A model generated the notes under the pieces. The model was given only the letters and a program-made list of their open reading frames with translations. It searched no databases and was not told where the DNA came from. The translations under genes and the position numbers were made by a program. This document shows, piece by piece, positions 24,613-37,647 of a DNA stretch of 64,000 bases (position 1 is the stretch's first letter; every line of letters begins with the position of its first letter). The DNA comes from Octopus sinensis (lineage: Eukaryota), in assembly GCF_006345805.1 (NCBI RefSeq), contig NC_042997.1:193192001-193256000 (forward strand), in the 5' to 3' direction.

Positions 24613-25690
24613 ATTGAAGATTGAGAGAAGTCTGCATCAGTCTCATGAAAAGGAGAGAACACATAAGGAAGCTTGGGTTATAGAAAATATCAAGTCGAGC
24701 CTTAAAGCTTTCTTTAAGTTTGCCAAAGAAATAGTCTCAGTATCCTACAAGATAAGACACCTCTTCCAAAAAGATAGTTCCCTCACAGGAAACCACATGA
24801 GGATAAGTGAAATACTGAACAAACAATTCCAAAGTGTGTTCACTACACCTCTGGGACACAGGCAAGTGAACAAACCAGCGGAATTCTTTGCCACATTACC
24901 AGTAACCAAAGAGGCAAAAATTGAGTATATAAACATTGAAGATGATGTAACACTAGCCATAGATGAGGTTGACACAAACTAGGCTGCTGTCCCTGAAGGA
25001 TTTCCAGTGGTCCTTCTCAAACCATGCAAACAAGCCTTTGCAGAACCACTGCAGCTTCTCTTTTAAGAGCTTTCTTGCAAGTGGTAAGCTCCCAGAGAAA
25101 CTGAAGGAAGGGATAATATGCCCTGTCCATAAGGGAGGAAGCAGAGTAGATACTAAAAATTATAGGCCTATCTCTCTAACCTCACACATCATCATCATCG
25201 TTTAACGTCCGCTTTCCATGCTAGCATGGGCTGGACGATTTTGACTGAGGGCTGGCGAACTAGATGGCTGCACCAGGCTCCAATCTTGATCTGGCAGAGT
25301 TTCTACAGCAGGATGCCCTTCCTAACGCCAACCACTCCGAGAATGTAGTGGGTGCTTTTTACGTGCCACCAGCATGGGGGCCAGTCAGGCAGTACTGGCA
25401 ATGACCTCACTCGAGTCTTTTTACACATGCCACCAGCACAGGTACCACATCAGTAAAATCATAGAATGAGTAGTCTGCATGAAACTAATTGCGTTCCTTG
25501 AAGAAAATGACACCCAACATAGATTTTGATCGGGTAGAAGCTGTCTAACACAACTTCTGCAACACTACAACTGGGTGTTAAAACAGTAACTGAATGACTT
25601 GGGCATGGATGTGATATATTTCAATTTTGTAAAAGCCTTTGACAATGTCGACCATGGTATGATATGTCACAAACTGCATGATCTTAATGA
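24613..25690 (+). mobile_element. Degenerate CR1/L2-like LINE RT fragment interrupted by a D repeat
   Basis: ENIKSSLKAFFKFAK..., ICPVHKGGSRVDTKNYRPISLTSHI, and DVIYFNFVKAFDNVDHG-like RT motifs, with frameshifts and stops. Confidence 0.85.
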
Positions 25691-25889
25691 ATGAAATCAT
25701 GAAATCAGCTGTATTGTCTTATTTATCGTCTTACAGAACTCATATTGCACTGTAGTTCCAATATCTATTGTTACGCATCATAGTCTCTCATGCATCCCAT
25801 GATTGTTTTTGTAGCCAGATTTGTTTACATCTGTGTATCAGCTACATTCTCATTCTCATTCATTTGTGATTTTATTTTTCCACCCATGG

Positions 25890-26340
25890 CTCCTGAGAAA
25901 ATTCATAGTGAATGTACTAAGTGTCATGCTATAATACTGGAAGATAAACTGGCTGTGAAAAAGGTGGAAACTGTATCGATGATTGTACATAATAAGGACA
26001 AAATCTTAGCACATATCAAATCTGAAGCCCCAAGGATGAAGAACACTGTCATCAATAAGGAAGGAATCAAAATCATTGAAGAAATGGAAAGTCTTCTTTC
26101 TCTTTGGATTGTTAGGTTGAATCGTCAGGGTGTTACTATTAATCAATAAATCATTCAAGTGAAAGCGTTGTCTTTGAGGACCTGAAGGAAAAATATCCAG
26201 ATGAGAAAGATGTAGAGTTCAAGGCAAGTCAAGGATGGTCAAGTGAAGAAGTTATCACTCCATTACGAAGCAAAGTGAAAGTGCATCAGCTGATGAACAA
26301 GTGGCAGTGGAATTTTCTACAGCATTAAAGAAGATCATGC
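25890..26340 (+). mobile_element. pogo/Tigger transposase remnant (CENP-B-type HTH region)
   Basis: TVSMIVHNKDKIL...EEMESLLSLWI...IIQVKALSL and FKASQGW motifs with stops and frameshifts. Confidence 0.78.
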
Positions 26341-27519
26341 TGTGTTGGTGGCCTGACTGGCTCTTATGCCAGTGGCATGTAAAAAGCACCCACTACACTC
26401 GCGGAGTGGTTGGCGTTAGGAAGGGCATCCAGCTGTAGGAACCTTGCCAAAGCAGATTGGAACCTGGTGCAGCCTTCTGGCTTGCAAGTTGACAGTCAAA
26501 CCATCCAACCCATGCCAGCATGGAAAGCGGACGTTAAACAACGATGATGATGATATATACTCATACATACACATGCCTATTTATATACATCTATGCATGT
26601 GCATATGCGTGTGTGAGTGTATGAATGTGTGCACACGAACGTATGTTTGTTTACACTTTTAACACTGATGAAATCATTTTATTGTATGTAATATATATGC
26701 CTTTGTGTGTATGTGTGTGTGCATGGGTGTGTGTGTGTGTGAAATTGATAAATATAATTTACAGTAAAAATTTCATTTCATTAAAATATTGGGGAATTCA
26801 GAGCTCACTACAGTTTGCCTGTAGTTAGCCACTTCTGACCATCACTCACAGCCATTTATTGTTTTACCCTTTTTTCCCTAGGGTCTTCAGAGCAAATCCT
26901 TTAAATTTTTGGCTACCTACTTTAGGATCTATCACTACCACCCACTGCCAATTCATCTGTTATTTTACCCTTCTTTGCCTAGTGTGACTGACAGATACAC
27001 ACACTAAGCATTCTATTATTATAGATAAAGGCGGCGAGCTTGGCAGAAACATTAGTATGCCGGGCAAAATGCTTAGCGGTACTTCGTTTGTCTTTACATT
27101 CTGAGTTCAAATTCCACCAAGGTCAACTTGGCCTTTCATCCTTTCAAGATCAATAAATAAAGTACCAGTTGCATACTGGGGTCAATCTAATCGACTGGCC
27201 CCATCCCCCCAAAATTTCAGGCCTTGTACCTAGAGTGGAAAAGATTATTATAGATAAATGTATTAAGCTTACATTGAATTGTACGTCATATATTTCACAA
27301 TATTTCACAATAACCATGTCCAAACCTCTGCTATAGGCTTCAACTTTGACCCAATTTTGAATTGTTTTGATTCTCAAATTTGAGCCAGTTTCACCTAATT
27401 CACCTGATTCCCTTGTTTGTTGTATTATTTCTTATTAGAAATATTGTAATTATTTTATGAGCTAATTCCATTTAGCATGAATTTTTTTTTATATTGGATC
27501 ATATTATTTTCTTCCTCAG

Positions 27520-27659
27520 AGGTAACAGGATATATGTACACAATTCAAGATCTATAGCTTTTGGTGGTCTCCTACTTGGCCAAGCTGCAAATGCTGCATG
27601 TCAGACTATACCACAGAATCTCTACATCAACAGTCTCCACAATTACTTTATCAATGCAG
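27520..27659 (+). CDS. ACOT8: ACOT8 exon 2 (140 nt)
   Basis: ttcttcctcag acceptor, GTAAGT donor. Encodes RGNRIYVHNSRSIAFGGLLLGQAANAACQTIPQNLYINSLHNYFINAG (TesB FGGxxxGQA and SLHxYF motifs). Confidence 0.93.
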
Positions 27660-30600
27660 GTAAGTTAATGGTTTTTAAAACCAGTATTGGTTGTTTTCAT
27701 TTCGTGGAGTTGGTTTTATTTTGATTTGTTTTTAGTTACCATCATCATCATCATTATCATCGTTTAGCGTCCGCTTTCCATGCTAGCATGGGTTGGACGA
27801 TTTGACTGAGGTCTGGTGAACCAGATGGCTGCACCAGGCTCCAGTCTTGATCTGACAGAGTTTCTACAGCTTGATGCCCTTCCTAATGCCAACCACTCCG
27901 AGAGTGTAGTGGGTGCTTTTACATGCCACCGGCACAAGGGCCAGTCAGGCAGTACTGGCAACAGTCATGCTCAAATGGTGCTTTTTATGTGTCACCTGCA
28001 CAGGAGCCAGTCTAGCGGCACTGGCAATGACAAGCTTAAGTTATTTAATTAGTGACAAAGATAACAACAAAACAAATGTGAATTTTTCTTGTCTGTTGGG
28101 AGAGTCACAGAAAGAGAAGCAATTTGACTCCCAGACTCACTGTGGTTGTTGATCAGTTTGAGCTTCTGTAGTAAAACATACAAAAGGGAAAATGTAGGAA
28201 TTCTAGTGGATTGCATTTTTAAGAAGAATTGGGTAAAACATTTTGTGCAGGATCTGAAAGTGGTACATAAACAAGGGCAATAAGATGTGAATAGACACTC
28301 TACACTCAACTCGTAGAATTGAGAATGAATTTTAAGAGTCATTTTGGTCACCAAGAATTAGACTTTCAATAGCTGAGTGTGCTGATATCTGTTGTTCTTG
28401 CCTTTGGAAATGTAATGAACCAGAGGTTTAACCCATTAGAAACATGAAACAAGGTGGCGAGCTGGCAGAAATGTTAGCACACCGGGCAAAATGCTTAGCA
28501 ACATTTCGTCTGCTGTTATGTTCTGAGTTCAAATTCCGCTGAGGTCGACTTTGCCTTTCTTCTTTACAGGGTCGATAAACTAAGTACCAGTTATGTATTG
28601 GGGTCAATGTAATTGACTTATTCCTTAAACCCTCTATGTTTAGTCTTAATCCTAAACCCTCTATGTTTAGTCCCTTGTGGGCAATAAAGAAATAAGAAAC
28701 ATGTAACCAACTATGCCATCATATGGTCTGCTGCTTTTCTGTACCACCTGTTCCCTGACCTCCTGCATACTATGTCATATCTTTGTTGATTTCAACTAGT
28801 TTTCTTAAAACAAGCACCTGTTATGTTGACATTCATCATTTTATACTCATTCTGTATAATCAGTCTATAATTATTAGTGCACGTATAAAGCACCATTCAA
28901 GTGTGATCACTTCCAGCATCGCCTTATTGGCACGGGAAAAAACATTAAAGCAAGGTCGTTGCCAGTGCTGCTGGACTGGCTCCTGTGCAGGTGGCATGTA
29001 AAAAAAACACCATTTGAGCGTGGCCATTGCCAGTACCTCCTAACTGGCTCCCGTACTGGTGGCACGTAAAAGCACTCACTACACTCTCGGAGTGGTTGGC
29101 ATTAGGAAGGGCATTCAGCTGTAGAAACTCTGCCGGATCAGATTGGAGCCTGGTGCAGCCATCTGGTTTGCCAGTCCTCAGTCAAATCGTCCAACACGTG
29201 CTAGCATGGAAAGCGGATGTTAAACGATGATGATGATAATTAACACATGTCTACATGTGTATATTTGTTTAATCAATCACTCATTTAAAGTCCATCTTTC
29301 AATGATTGATTAAACAAATATACACATGTATTAATCATCATCATCATCATCATCATCAGTTTGGAAGGGAAATATTTGAGGCAAGATTTTACAACTGGAT
29401 ACTCTTCCTCTTACCAACCCTTATCTGTTTTAAGGGAGTCTTTATTCCATAGATCTTTGTCTATGTATCTTGTACATACAAGCACAGAAAAACATGTCAA
29501 ATGCCACCATCATCTCAGCTTTCCACAAGTAGTGCCAAACATGAACTGTAAATATTTTCACACAAACACATACATATATTCCTAGAACTGCTCCATGCAG
29601 TTTCCATCGACCAAATTTACTCACAAGGCATTGGTCAGCTTGGTATATACTAGAAGGTACTTACCTAAGGTGGTGCTGTGCTGTGGGACTGAACCCAAAG
29701 CCATATGTCTACAATGGGAGTTATATTTCTAATTCAAAGGGCAAGCTTTGTCACATTCTGAGTCACACTGAATCCCCTGTGAACTACATTAACAGTATAC
29801 ATGTCTGTGGAATACTCAGCCACTTGCGCATTAATTTCATGAGCAGGCTGTTCCATTGATCGGATCAAATGGAAGACTTATCATTGTAAGCAACAAGCTA
29901 CCAGGTTTTTAACCTTATCAGTGAGTTGTAATGAAATAGGCATTGCTAGCAGTCTTCAGAATAAACTTTGTTTTAATAGAGAACATTGGTCAGTTTTATG
30001 AAAATGCCGAAATACATTTATTTAACCTTTTTAGAATTTAACCGAAAAGATCCCATTTGTCTTTACATTAATGATTTTCCAATTTTATCCCTCTCCTAAA
30101 AATCGTAAGCTCCATAGCTGTAAATTTGGCTGCAATCAATAACTTTGAGCTACATTGGTTCTGCCAGTCTGATTTTTCTTGTATTATGGTAAGACTGAAT
30201 TCATGAACAGAGTACCAGTGATCTGCTGGGTTACAAAAAAGTACTTCTACAGCTTATTCACTTCATTTTAACTTATCTAAATGATAAATTTCTGATATTG
30301 TTTAACCCTTTCGTTACTGTATTTCTGTTGAGATGCTCTGTGTTTCTTTCAATTACTTTAAATATAACAAAGAATTTAGTAAAATAACTTAGTTATCATT
30401 AAGCTAGTGTTAGGAACATAAATTGTGACTAAGGTTTGGTGAAAGAGTTTAACTCAAAACTTATGAAAACAAGACATTTGTACTCAGAGCCAGAGCCGGT
30501 TTCAGCTGGGTTGGTAATGAAAGGGTTAAACCAGCCATATCCATCCTAAATATTCTACTTTGTTTTATGTTCAAACCAACCAGATCTGACCTTTCATACC

Positions 30601-30838
30601 TTCTCTACAATGTCATTTTAAAAATAAACAATCAGATCAAAATCTCAAGGCTGCATGATTAATTGTAAACCATGTGAATAAATAAGCATAACATTTGACA
30701 GGATAGTCTGAATGCTTAACCCTTTCATTACCAACCTGGCTGAAACCAGCTCTGGCTCTGAATATAAATGTCTTGTTTTTATAAGTTTTGAATCAAAATC
30801 TTCCACCAAACCTTAGTCACAATTTATGTTCCTAACAC

Positions 30839-31440
30839 ATGTTGGCATCCTTTTTGTCTCGGGAGACAATGGAGTTGCGCATAAAATAGTCTAGTCCGGC
30901 TTTTACATTTCATGTCCTGATACATTTCCTGCTGTGGCTATGTAGTCCTATCCTGGACAAACACTCCCTCTGGCAGGTACCGCAAATGTAGCGAAGACTG
31001 TTCCTGGCTGGTTGTAATGCCATAGTTTCTTGTTGACGTCTTTTCTTGTCTTTCCATTTCTCCTCTCTCTCTTTGTCACTCCTTTGTATTCCCTCTTTTA
31101 CGGTACGTCGCCAATCTTCACGGTTGCCGGCAACTGCTTCCCAACCACTAATATTGATGTTGCAGGCCTTCATGTCCCTTTTGCAAACATCCTTGAAATG
31201 TAAGAACGGTCTACCCACAGACCTAGTACCCCTAGCAAGCTCTCTGGGGATTCTGCCATCTTTCATACGGCTAACATGCCCAGGCCATCTCATACGTCTT
31301 TGTGTGAGGAGTGCAAACATGCTTGGTATTCCTGCTTGCCTGAGGACATCTTTGTTGGGGATATGATTCTGTCATTTGATGTGGAGGATTTTCCCGGAGG
31401 CAGCACAGGTGAAAGATGTTTAGCCGACGCTCTTAGCGTG
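30839..31440 (-). mobile_element. 5'-truncated RTE-clade LINE with 12-bp TSD, inserted in a piggyBac-like MITE
   Basis: QRRMRWPGHVSRMKDGRIPR...RSVGRP...FKDVCKRDMK...CGTCQRECLSRIGLHSHSRKC. 3' end GTCTCCCGAGACAAAAAGGATGCCAACA. TSD TGTTCCTAACAC at 30827-30838 and 31441-31452. Confidence 0.92.
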
Positions 31441-31603
31441 TGTTCCTAACACTAGCTTAAAGATAACTAAGTCATTTTACTAAATTCTTTATTATATTTA
31501 AAGTAATTGAAAGAAATACAGAGCATCTCAAAATAAATACAGTAACGAAGGGGTTTAAGGGTTAAACATGCTCAAGTTAGTTTCAATTGTTATTTCCTAC
31601 CAG

Positions 31604-31826
31604 GACAGCGAAAACCACTAACTCTCCAGGTTACTAATGAGCGTGAAGGTAAATCCTACTGTAACAAAACTGTCTGTGCCACTCAGAATGAGAAAACTGT
31701 AATAAAAATGCAAATTGCATTCAAAACCAATGAAGCTGGCAGTATTGAACACCAATGGAAAATGCCAGAGTGTCTTCCGCCTGAAGAACTTCTTCCTATA
31801 AATAAAATTTTTGAAGACAAAATAAG
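31604..31826 (+). CDS. ACOT8: ACOT8 exon 3 (223 nt)
   Basis: tatttcctaccag acceptor, GTTTGA donor. Encodes GQRKPLTLQVTNEREGKSYCNKTVCATQ...IEHQWKMPECLPPEELL (cf. GDPKLPVLYQVERTRTG...HQFSMPTVPPPEELL). Confidence 0.93.
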
Positions 31827-31903
31827 GTTTGATATACCACTTTTTTCTCTCTCGCTTAACTTAAATTTTGATGGTTTTCATGTGATGTGGGATAGGTATA
31901 GAC

Positions 31904-32619
31904 CAGAGGTTTTCAACCTGGGTTCATATGACCCTTGGGGGTCCACATAAGGTTTTGTTGTTAAAATTTATGTGCAGTAAACTGGTTATACTGGTACAAT
32001 GCATAAAATATTTTAATGATTTTTTTAATATTCTGTTGTGTCTGGGGAGAGTCATTTTCTTTTTGTGCCTTATAATTCAACATACACACCAATAAAATTT
32101 CCACTTATTTCTTATTTGCTAGTAGGGCGTTAAGAGCACCATCCAAGCAGCTATCTGTCCTCTATGCTGGTGGCACATAAAAGACACCATTCAAGCGTGA
32201 TCGTTACCAGTATCGCCTTACTGGCACCTGTGCCGGTGGCATGTGTAAAAGATTCGAGTGTAGCCATTGCCAGTACCGCCTGACTGGTCCTGTGCCAGTG
32301 GCACGTAAAAGCACCCACTACACTCTCGGAGTGGTTGGCGTTAGGAAGGGCATCCAGCTGTAGAAACTCTGCCAGATCAAGATTGGAGCCTGATGCAGCC
32401 ATCTGGTTCGCCTGTCCTCAGTCAAATTGTCCAACCCATGCTAGCATGGAAAGCGGACGTTAAACGATGATGATGATTTTCCTAAAATTTTCGTTGCATC
32501 TTGCAACCTTTTCAATAGTCTAGTTCTTAATAATATTTACTTATAAAAATATAATAAAACTTTTTTAAACATTGGATATCTATGACAGCCCAGAGGTAAA
32601 AAATGGTTGAGAACCATTG
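31904..32619. mobile_element. hAT-like MITE with nested repeats
   Basis: TIRs CAGAGGTTTTCAACC / GGTTGAGAACCATTG; no recognisable TSD. Confidence 0.6.
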
Positions 32620-33655
32620 CTTTGGAGCATCAGTTTTAGAGAGCAAAAAATATGCTTTACTTTACTCAGTGTCAGTAAAAAAAGAATGTTCGTAATATTT
32701 CTTTCCACTATTGGTGCAAGACCTGAAATTTTGGGGGAACAAGATAGTTGATTACAGCAACCCCAGTACTCAGCTGATGCTTATTTTATCAACCCCCAAA
32801 AGGATGAAAAGCAAAGTTGACCTCGGTAGGATTTGAACTCAGAATGTAAAGGCGGCGAGCTGGCAAAAACGTTAGCGCACCGGGCAAAATGCTCAGCGGT
32901 ATTTCGTCTGTTGATACATTCTGAGTTCAAATTCCGTCGAGGTCGACTTTGCCTTTCATCCTTTCGGGGTCGATTAAATAAGTACCAGTTATGCACTGGG
33001 ATCGATTTAATCTGTTTGTCTGTCCTTGTTTGTCCCCTCTGTGTGTAGCCCCTTGTGGGTAGTAAAGAAATAAGAATGTAATGCTGGTAAGCATTTTGTC
33101 TGGCATGCTAATGATTCTGCCAGCTCAACACTTTAAGAATGTTCATAATAGTGGTTTCAAATTTTGGCACAAGTAATGAAAGGGTTAATTAACTTTATAC
33201 TGTGTTTAATCTTATTATAATTAAGGTAGCAAGATGCTTAGTGGCATTTTGTCTTTTTGAGTTCAAATTCCACCGAGGTCGACTTCGCTTTTTATCCTTT
33301 TGAGGTCAATAAAAAAAAAAGTACCAGTTGAGTACTGGAGTCATTGTCATCGGCTTACCCTGAAATTGCTGGCCTTGTACCAAAATTTGAAATCAATATT
33401 AAACAAACTTCTTTAAATGTCTTTATTATTTTTAATGGGCTACCCTTTGAGTCCTGACCCCCTGAACCTAATTTGACCATATACCTGGCTTCCGGATGCA
33501 CTCCACCGGTAGAACAGTGCTACAGTATTGAGAAAAATTAGCCATTTAACAGTAAACCGGTATTACGGGCTCAAAGGGTTAATATTGCTATTGTTAAGGA
33601 ATCATATTTAAAATATTTTTCAACATGTTTTTCTCTCTCAAATCTGCTACTGAAG

Positions 33656-33798
33656 GGAAGAAAAGTATAAACATTTGAAAAGCCGTCTTCCGATAGATCC
33701 TACAGTGGAATTTCGACCAGTGGATCCTGAAGAAATGTTGAGAGTTAAAACCTTACCACCTAAAAGACTAACCTGGGTGAAACAATTAGAAGATATGA
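33656..33798 (+). CDS. ACOT8: ACOT8 exon 4 (143 nt)
   Basis: AAG acceptor after a pyrimidine tract, GTAAGT donor. Encodes REEKYKHLKSRLPIDPTVEFRPVDPEEMLRVKTLPPKRLTWVKQLEDM. Phases 2 to 1 fit. Confidence 0.88.
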
Positions 33799-35089
33799 GT
33801 AAGTTTAACCTTGTCTTATATTCTATGAACACAAACAAGAAAATATTTGAAATGAAAAAAAAAAAAGCACTCTTTAAGCATTTGTCTTTGTTTTATCTTG
33901 TTTCAGTCATTAGACTTCGGCTATGCTGGGGCACTGCCTTGACTTTTTATTGAACAAATCAACTCCATTACTTATATATATTTTTTTAAGCTTGATACTT
34001 ATTCTATCAGTTTCTTTAGCCAAACTGCTAACTTACAGGGATGTAAACACACCAACAGTGGTTATGGAGGACAAAAAACACATATACATAAACTTACTTG
34101 GAAATGGATGCATTGCATTCAATTAAATAATAAATAATATATATACATGTATATATATTCCCCGTGCCGGTGGCACGTAAAAGCACCATCCGTTCGTGTC
34201 CGTTGCCAGCCTCGCCTGGCCCCCGTGGCTGTGGCACATAAAAGCACCATCCGTTTGTGTCCGTTGCCAGCCTCGTTGGCCCCCGTGCCGGTGGCACGTA
34301 AAAGCACCATCCGTTCGTGGCCGTTTGCCAGCTCTGTCTGGCACCTGTGCGGGTGGCATGTAAAAAGCACCCACTACACTCACGGAGTGGTCGGCGTTAG
34401 GAAGGGCATCCAGCTGTAGAAACACTGCCAGATCTGACTGGGCCTGATGAAGCCTTCCGGGTTCAGACCCCAGATGAACCGTCCAACCCATGCTAGCATG
34501 GAAAACGGACGCTAAATGATGATGATGATATGGGTACAGGACATCACCAACGGTACAAACAACATGAAATACATAAACAACTGAGTTAAATACATAAAGA
34601 AGAAAAAAATGGAAAACAGGACAAGTAAACACAGAGAAAGGGCCCTTCATCAGTTGTCGACTGTCTATCTACTCCTCATTTCAAACATTATATATATATT
34701 CAGCAAAATTTAGATTCAGATGAATATGGTACTTAAGTTAAAGGCACCAGAATTTGGTATGGTATTATCCATATAAATCAAATGGGATGATTATAATCGA
34801 AATAAGCAACAAGGATATCCAAGGTAGAGTAGTACAATTGTTTCATGCTACTTCATTTTATTAAACACTGTAAGTATTACATCAGTTTTAAAATGTCGAG
34901 CAATCTTCAGCCACATTAGGAAATTTTCCTATTAAATGGACAATGCACATTCTTATCCCTATTTCATTTGCCAACATTTGCTGAAGATTGCTTGACATTT
35001 TAAAACTGATGTAATACAGTGTTTAATAAAATGAAGTAGCATGAAACAATTGTACTACTCTACTTTGGATATCCTTGTTGCTTATTTTG

Positions 35090-35130
<41 letters not shown>

Positions 35131-35709
35131 GGGCTTCTTTCAGTTTTTGTCTGCCAAGTACACTGAGAAGGCTTTGGTTGGCCCGAGGCTATAGCAGAAG
35201 ACATTTGTCCAAGGTGCCATGCAGTGGGACTGAACCCAGAATCATGGGCTTAATTTCTTTGGGGTTGAATATACTGTTTAGGTAAGAAGTACCAACATAA
35301 AAATCTGTTGAATTTAGCGGCAAGAGTTGGCAGTTCTCTTGCACTGTGCATAGGAGGGTTGAGACTGTAACAAAAGCAAGGTTCTCCAAGCTTTTGAAGT
35401 TATACCCATGCACAGGCAAGGTGGTAAGAAATTTTATTTCTCACCCACATGGTTCCAGGTTCAACTCCATGGCGTGGCACCTTGGGTGTCTTCTACTAGA
35501 GCCCCAAACCAAAACTTGAGAGTGGATTTGCTAGACGGAAGCTGAAAGGAGCTCATCATATAAATGCCACCAAACTAGCTGGCATGTAAAAAGCCCCATT
35601 TAAGCATGGCTGATGCCAGTGCTGCCTGACTGGTACCTGTGCTGGCTGTACGTAAAAAGTACCATTCGAGTGTAGCCAATGCCAGTGCCACCTGACTGGC
35701 TCCCATGCT

Positions 35710-35980
35710 CGTTGCCCTTCTCAAGCCTAGCCAAGCTCATGGGCCCAGTTTCCCGGTTTCTGTGTTCCATCGCAGCATTACTCAAGAAACAGGAAAAGAG
35801 AGTGAGAGAAAGTTGTGGCAAAAAAGTACAACAGGGGTCACCACCACCCCTGCCGGAGCCTCGTGGAGCTTTTAGGTGTTTTCGCTCAATAAACACACAC
35901 AACGCCCGGTCTGGGAATCAAAACTACGATCCTCCAACCGCAAGTCCACTGCCCTAACCACTGGGCCATTGCACCTCCAC
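35710..35980 (-). mobile_element. SINE C/F chimera inserted into a D repeat, 12-bp TSD
   Basis: GGCTCCCATGCT at 35698-35709 and 35981-35992. Confidence 0.85.
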
Positions 35981-36975
35981 GGCTCCCATGCTGGTGGCAC
36001 ATAAAAAGCACCCACTACACTCAGAGCAGTTGGTGTTAGGATGGGCATCCAGCTGTAGAAACCTTGCTGGATCAGATTGGAGCCTGGTGCAGCCTCCTGT
36101 CTTGTCAGTAAACTCAAACCATCCAACCCATACCAGCATGGAAAGCAGACATTAAATGATGATGATAATGACGGTTTGTCTATTTGTGTCCTCTCCCACC
36201 ATGTAACAACTGGTGTTGGTTTATTTACATCCCTACAATACAGTAGTTCAGCAAAAGTAAAAGAAATCAATGCAAAGTAGCAAACTTTAGTACTAGGGTC
36301 AATTTCTTAGCTTAAAACCCTTCAAGGCAGTGCCCCAGCATGGCTACAGTCCAATGACTGAAACAAGTAAAAGATAAGACTTGAAAGATATTTAAAAGCA
36401 AACATGTAGCAATTATTTTATTATTTTGATAATAACAACAAAATTGACTAATATTTAATATCACAAGTTTTTGTTTGTGTGCCGGTGGCATGTAAAAAGC
36501 ACGATTCGAACTTGGCCAATATCAGTGCCATCTGACTGGCTCCCATGCTGGTGGCTTGTAAAAAGCACCTACTTCACTCTCGAAGTGGTTGGCATTATGA
36601 AAGGCATCCAGCTGTAGAAACCTTGCCTTATCAGATTGGAGCCAGGTGTAGCTTCCTGGCTTGTCAGTTCTCAGTCAAACCGTCCAACCCATGCCATCAT
36701 GGAAAGCGGACGTTAAACATGATGATAATGATGATGTATTCTATGTTCTAGACTGGCTCCCATGCTGGTGGTTTGTAAAAAGCACCTACTTCACTCTTGA
36801 AGTGGTTGGCGTTATGAGGGGCATCCAGCTGTAGAAACCTTGCCTTATCAGATTGGAGCCAGGTGCAGCCTCCTGGCTTGTCAGTTCTCAGTCAAACCGT
36901 CCAACCCATGCCAGCATGGAAAGCGGATGTTAAACATTATGATAATGATAATGATGATGTGTTCTTATGTTCTAG

Positions 36976-37170
36976 GTGAATTGAATCAAAATTGGCACCG
37001 GTGTGTTCTTCTATACATGTCTGATTACATCCTTCTCTCAACTTCGCTCCTACCAAACAAAGATCCACTTATGAAAACCTTTGTAGTTTCATTGGATCAC
37101 TCAGTATGGTTTCACAATGATATTAATGTTAATGAATGGTTGCTTTATGATACAGAAAGTTCTTACGCAG
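36976..37170 (+). CDS. ACOT8: ACOT8 exon 5 (195 nt), catalytic region
   Basis: gttctag acceptor, GTAAGT donor. Encodes HRCVLLYMSDYILLSTSLLP...VSLDHSVWFH...EWLLYDTESSYAG (TesB SDY and SLDHxxWFH motifs). Confidence 0.95.
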
Positions 37171-37251
37171 GTAAGTACAAACTATTTTCTTTTCTTTCTT
37201 TTTTATGACAGCAAACTGGCAGAATTGTTAATATGCTAGGCATTTCATGTC

Positions 37252-37647
37252 GGATCTTTTCGGTTTGAACGGCAGTTTTTTTAAATAATTTCCACGTAAC
37301 TAAACACTTTTAAACTTCGTATACTGGTAGAACGTGTTTATAAAACATCTTTTTCTCTTGATTTATTGAGAAAATTCTATAGTTTGTAGGATATTTGTTG
37401 TTGATTTTTTTCTTCAATTTCAACCAATCAATGACGTCTATTGAGGTGAAAACATGTGCCGTATGAATATGTCCCACGTTTAAGAAACAGATTGGGTTTA
37501 TTTACATTTCTGAAGAAAAAAAAGATACCCTTCCCCCCTCCCCTAAAACTGATTGAAATGCAATAGAACGATACTAGGGTCATAATTATGAGTGACAATT
37601 TCATATGACACCGCTAGAAAAACTACCGTTCAAACCGAAAAGATCCC
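37252..37647. mobile_element. MITE with TIRs of about 28 bp
   Basis: GGATCTTTTCGGTTTGAACGGCAGTTTT / AAAACTACCGTTCAAACCGAAAAGATCC. Confidence 0.75.
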
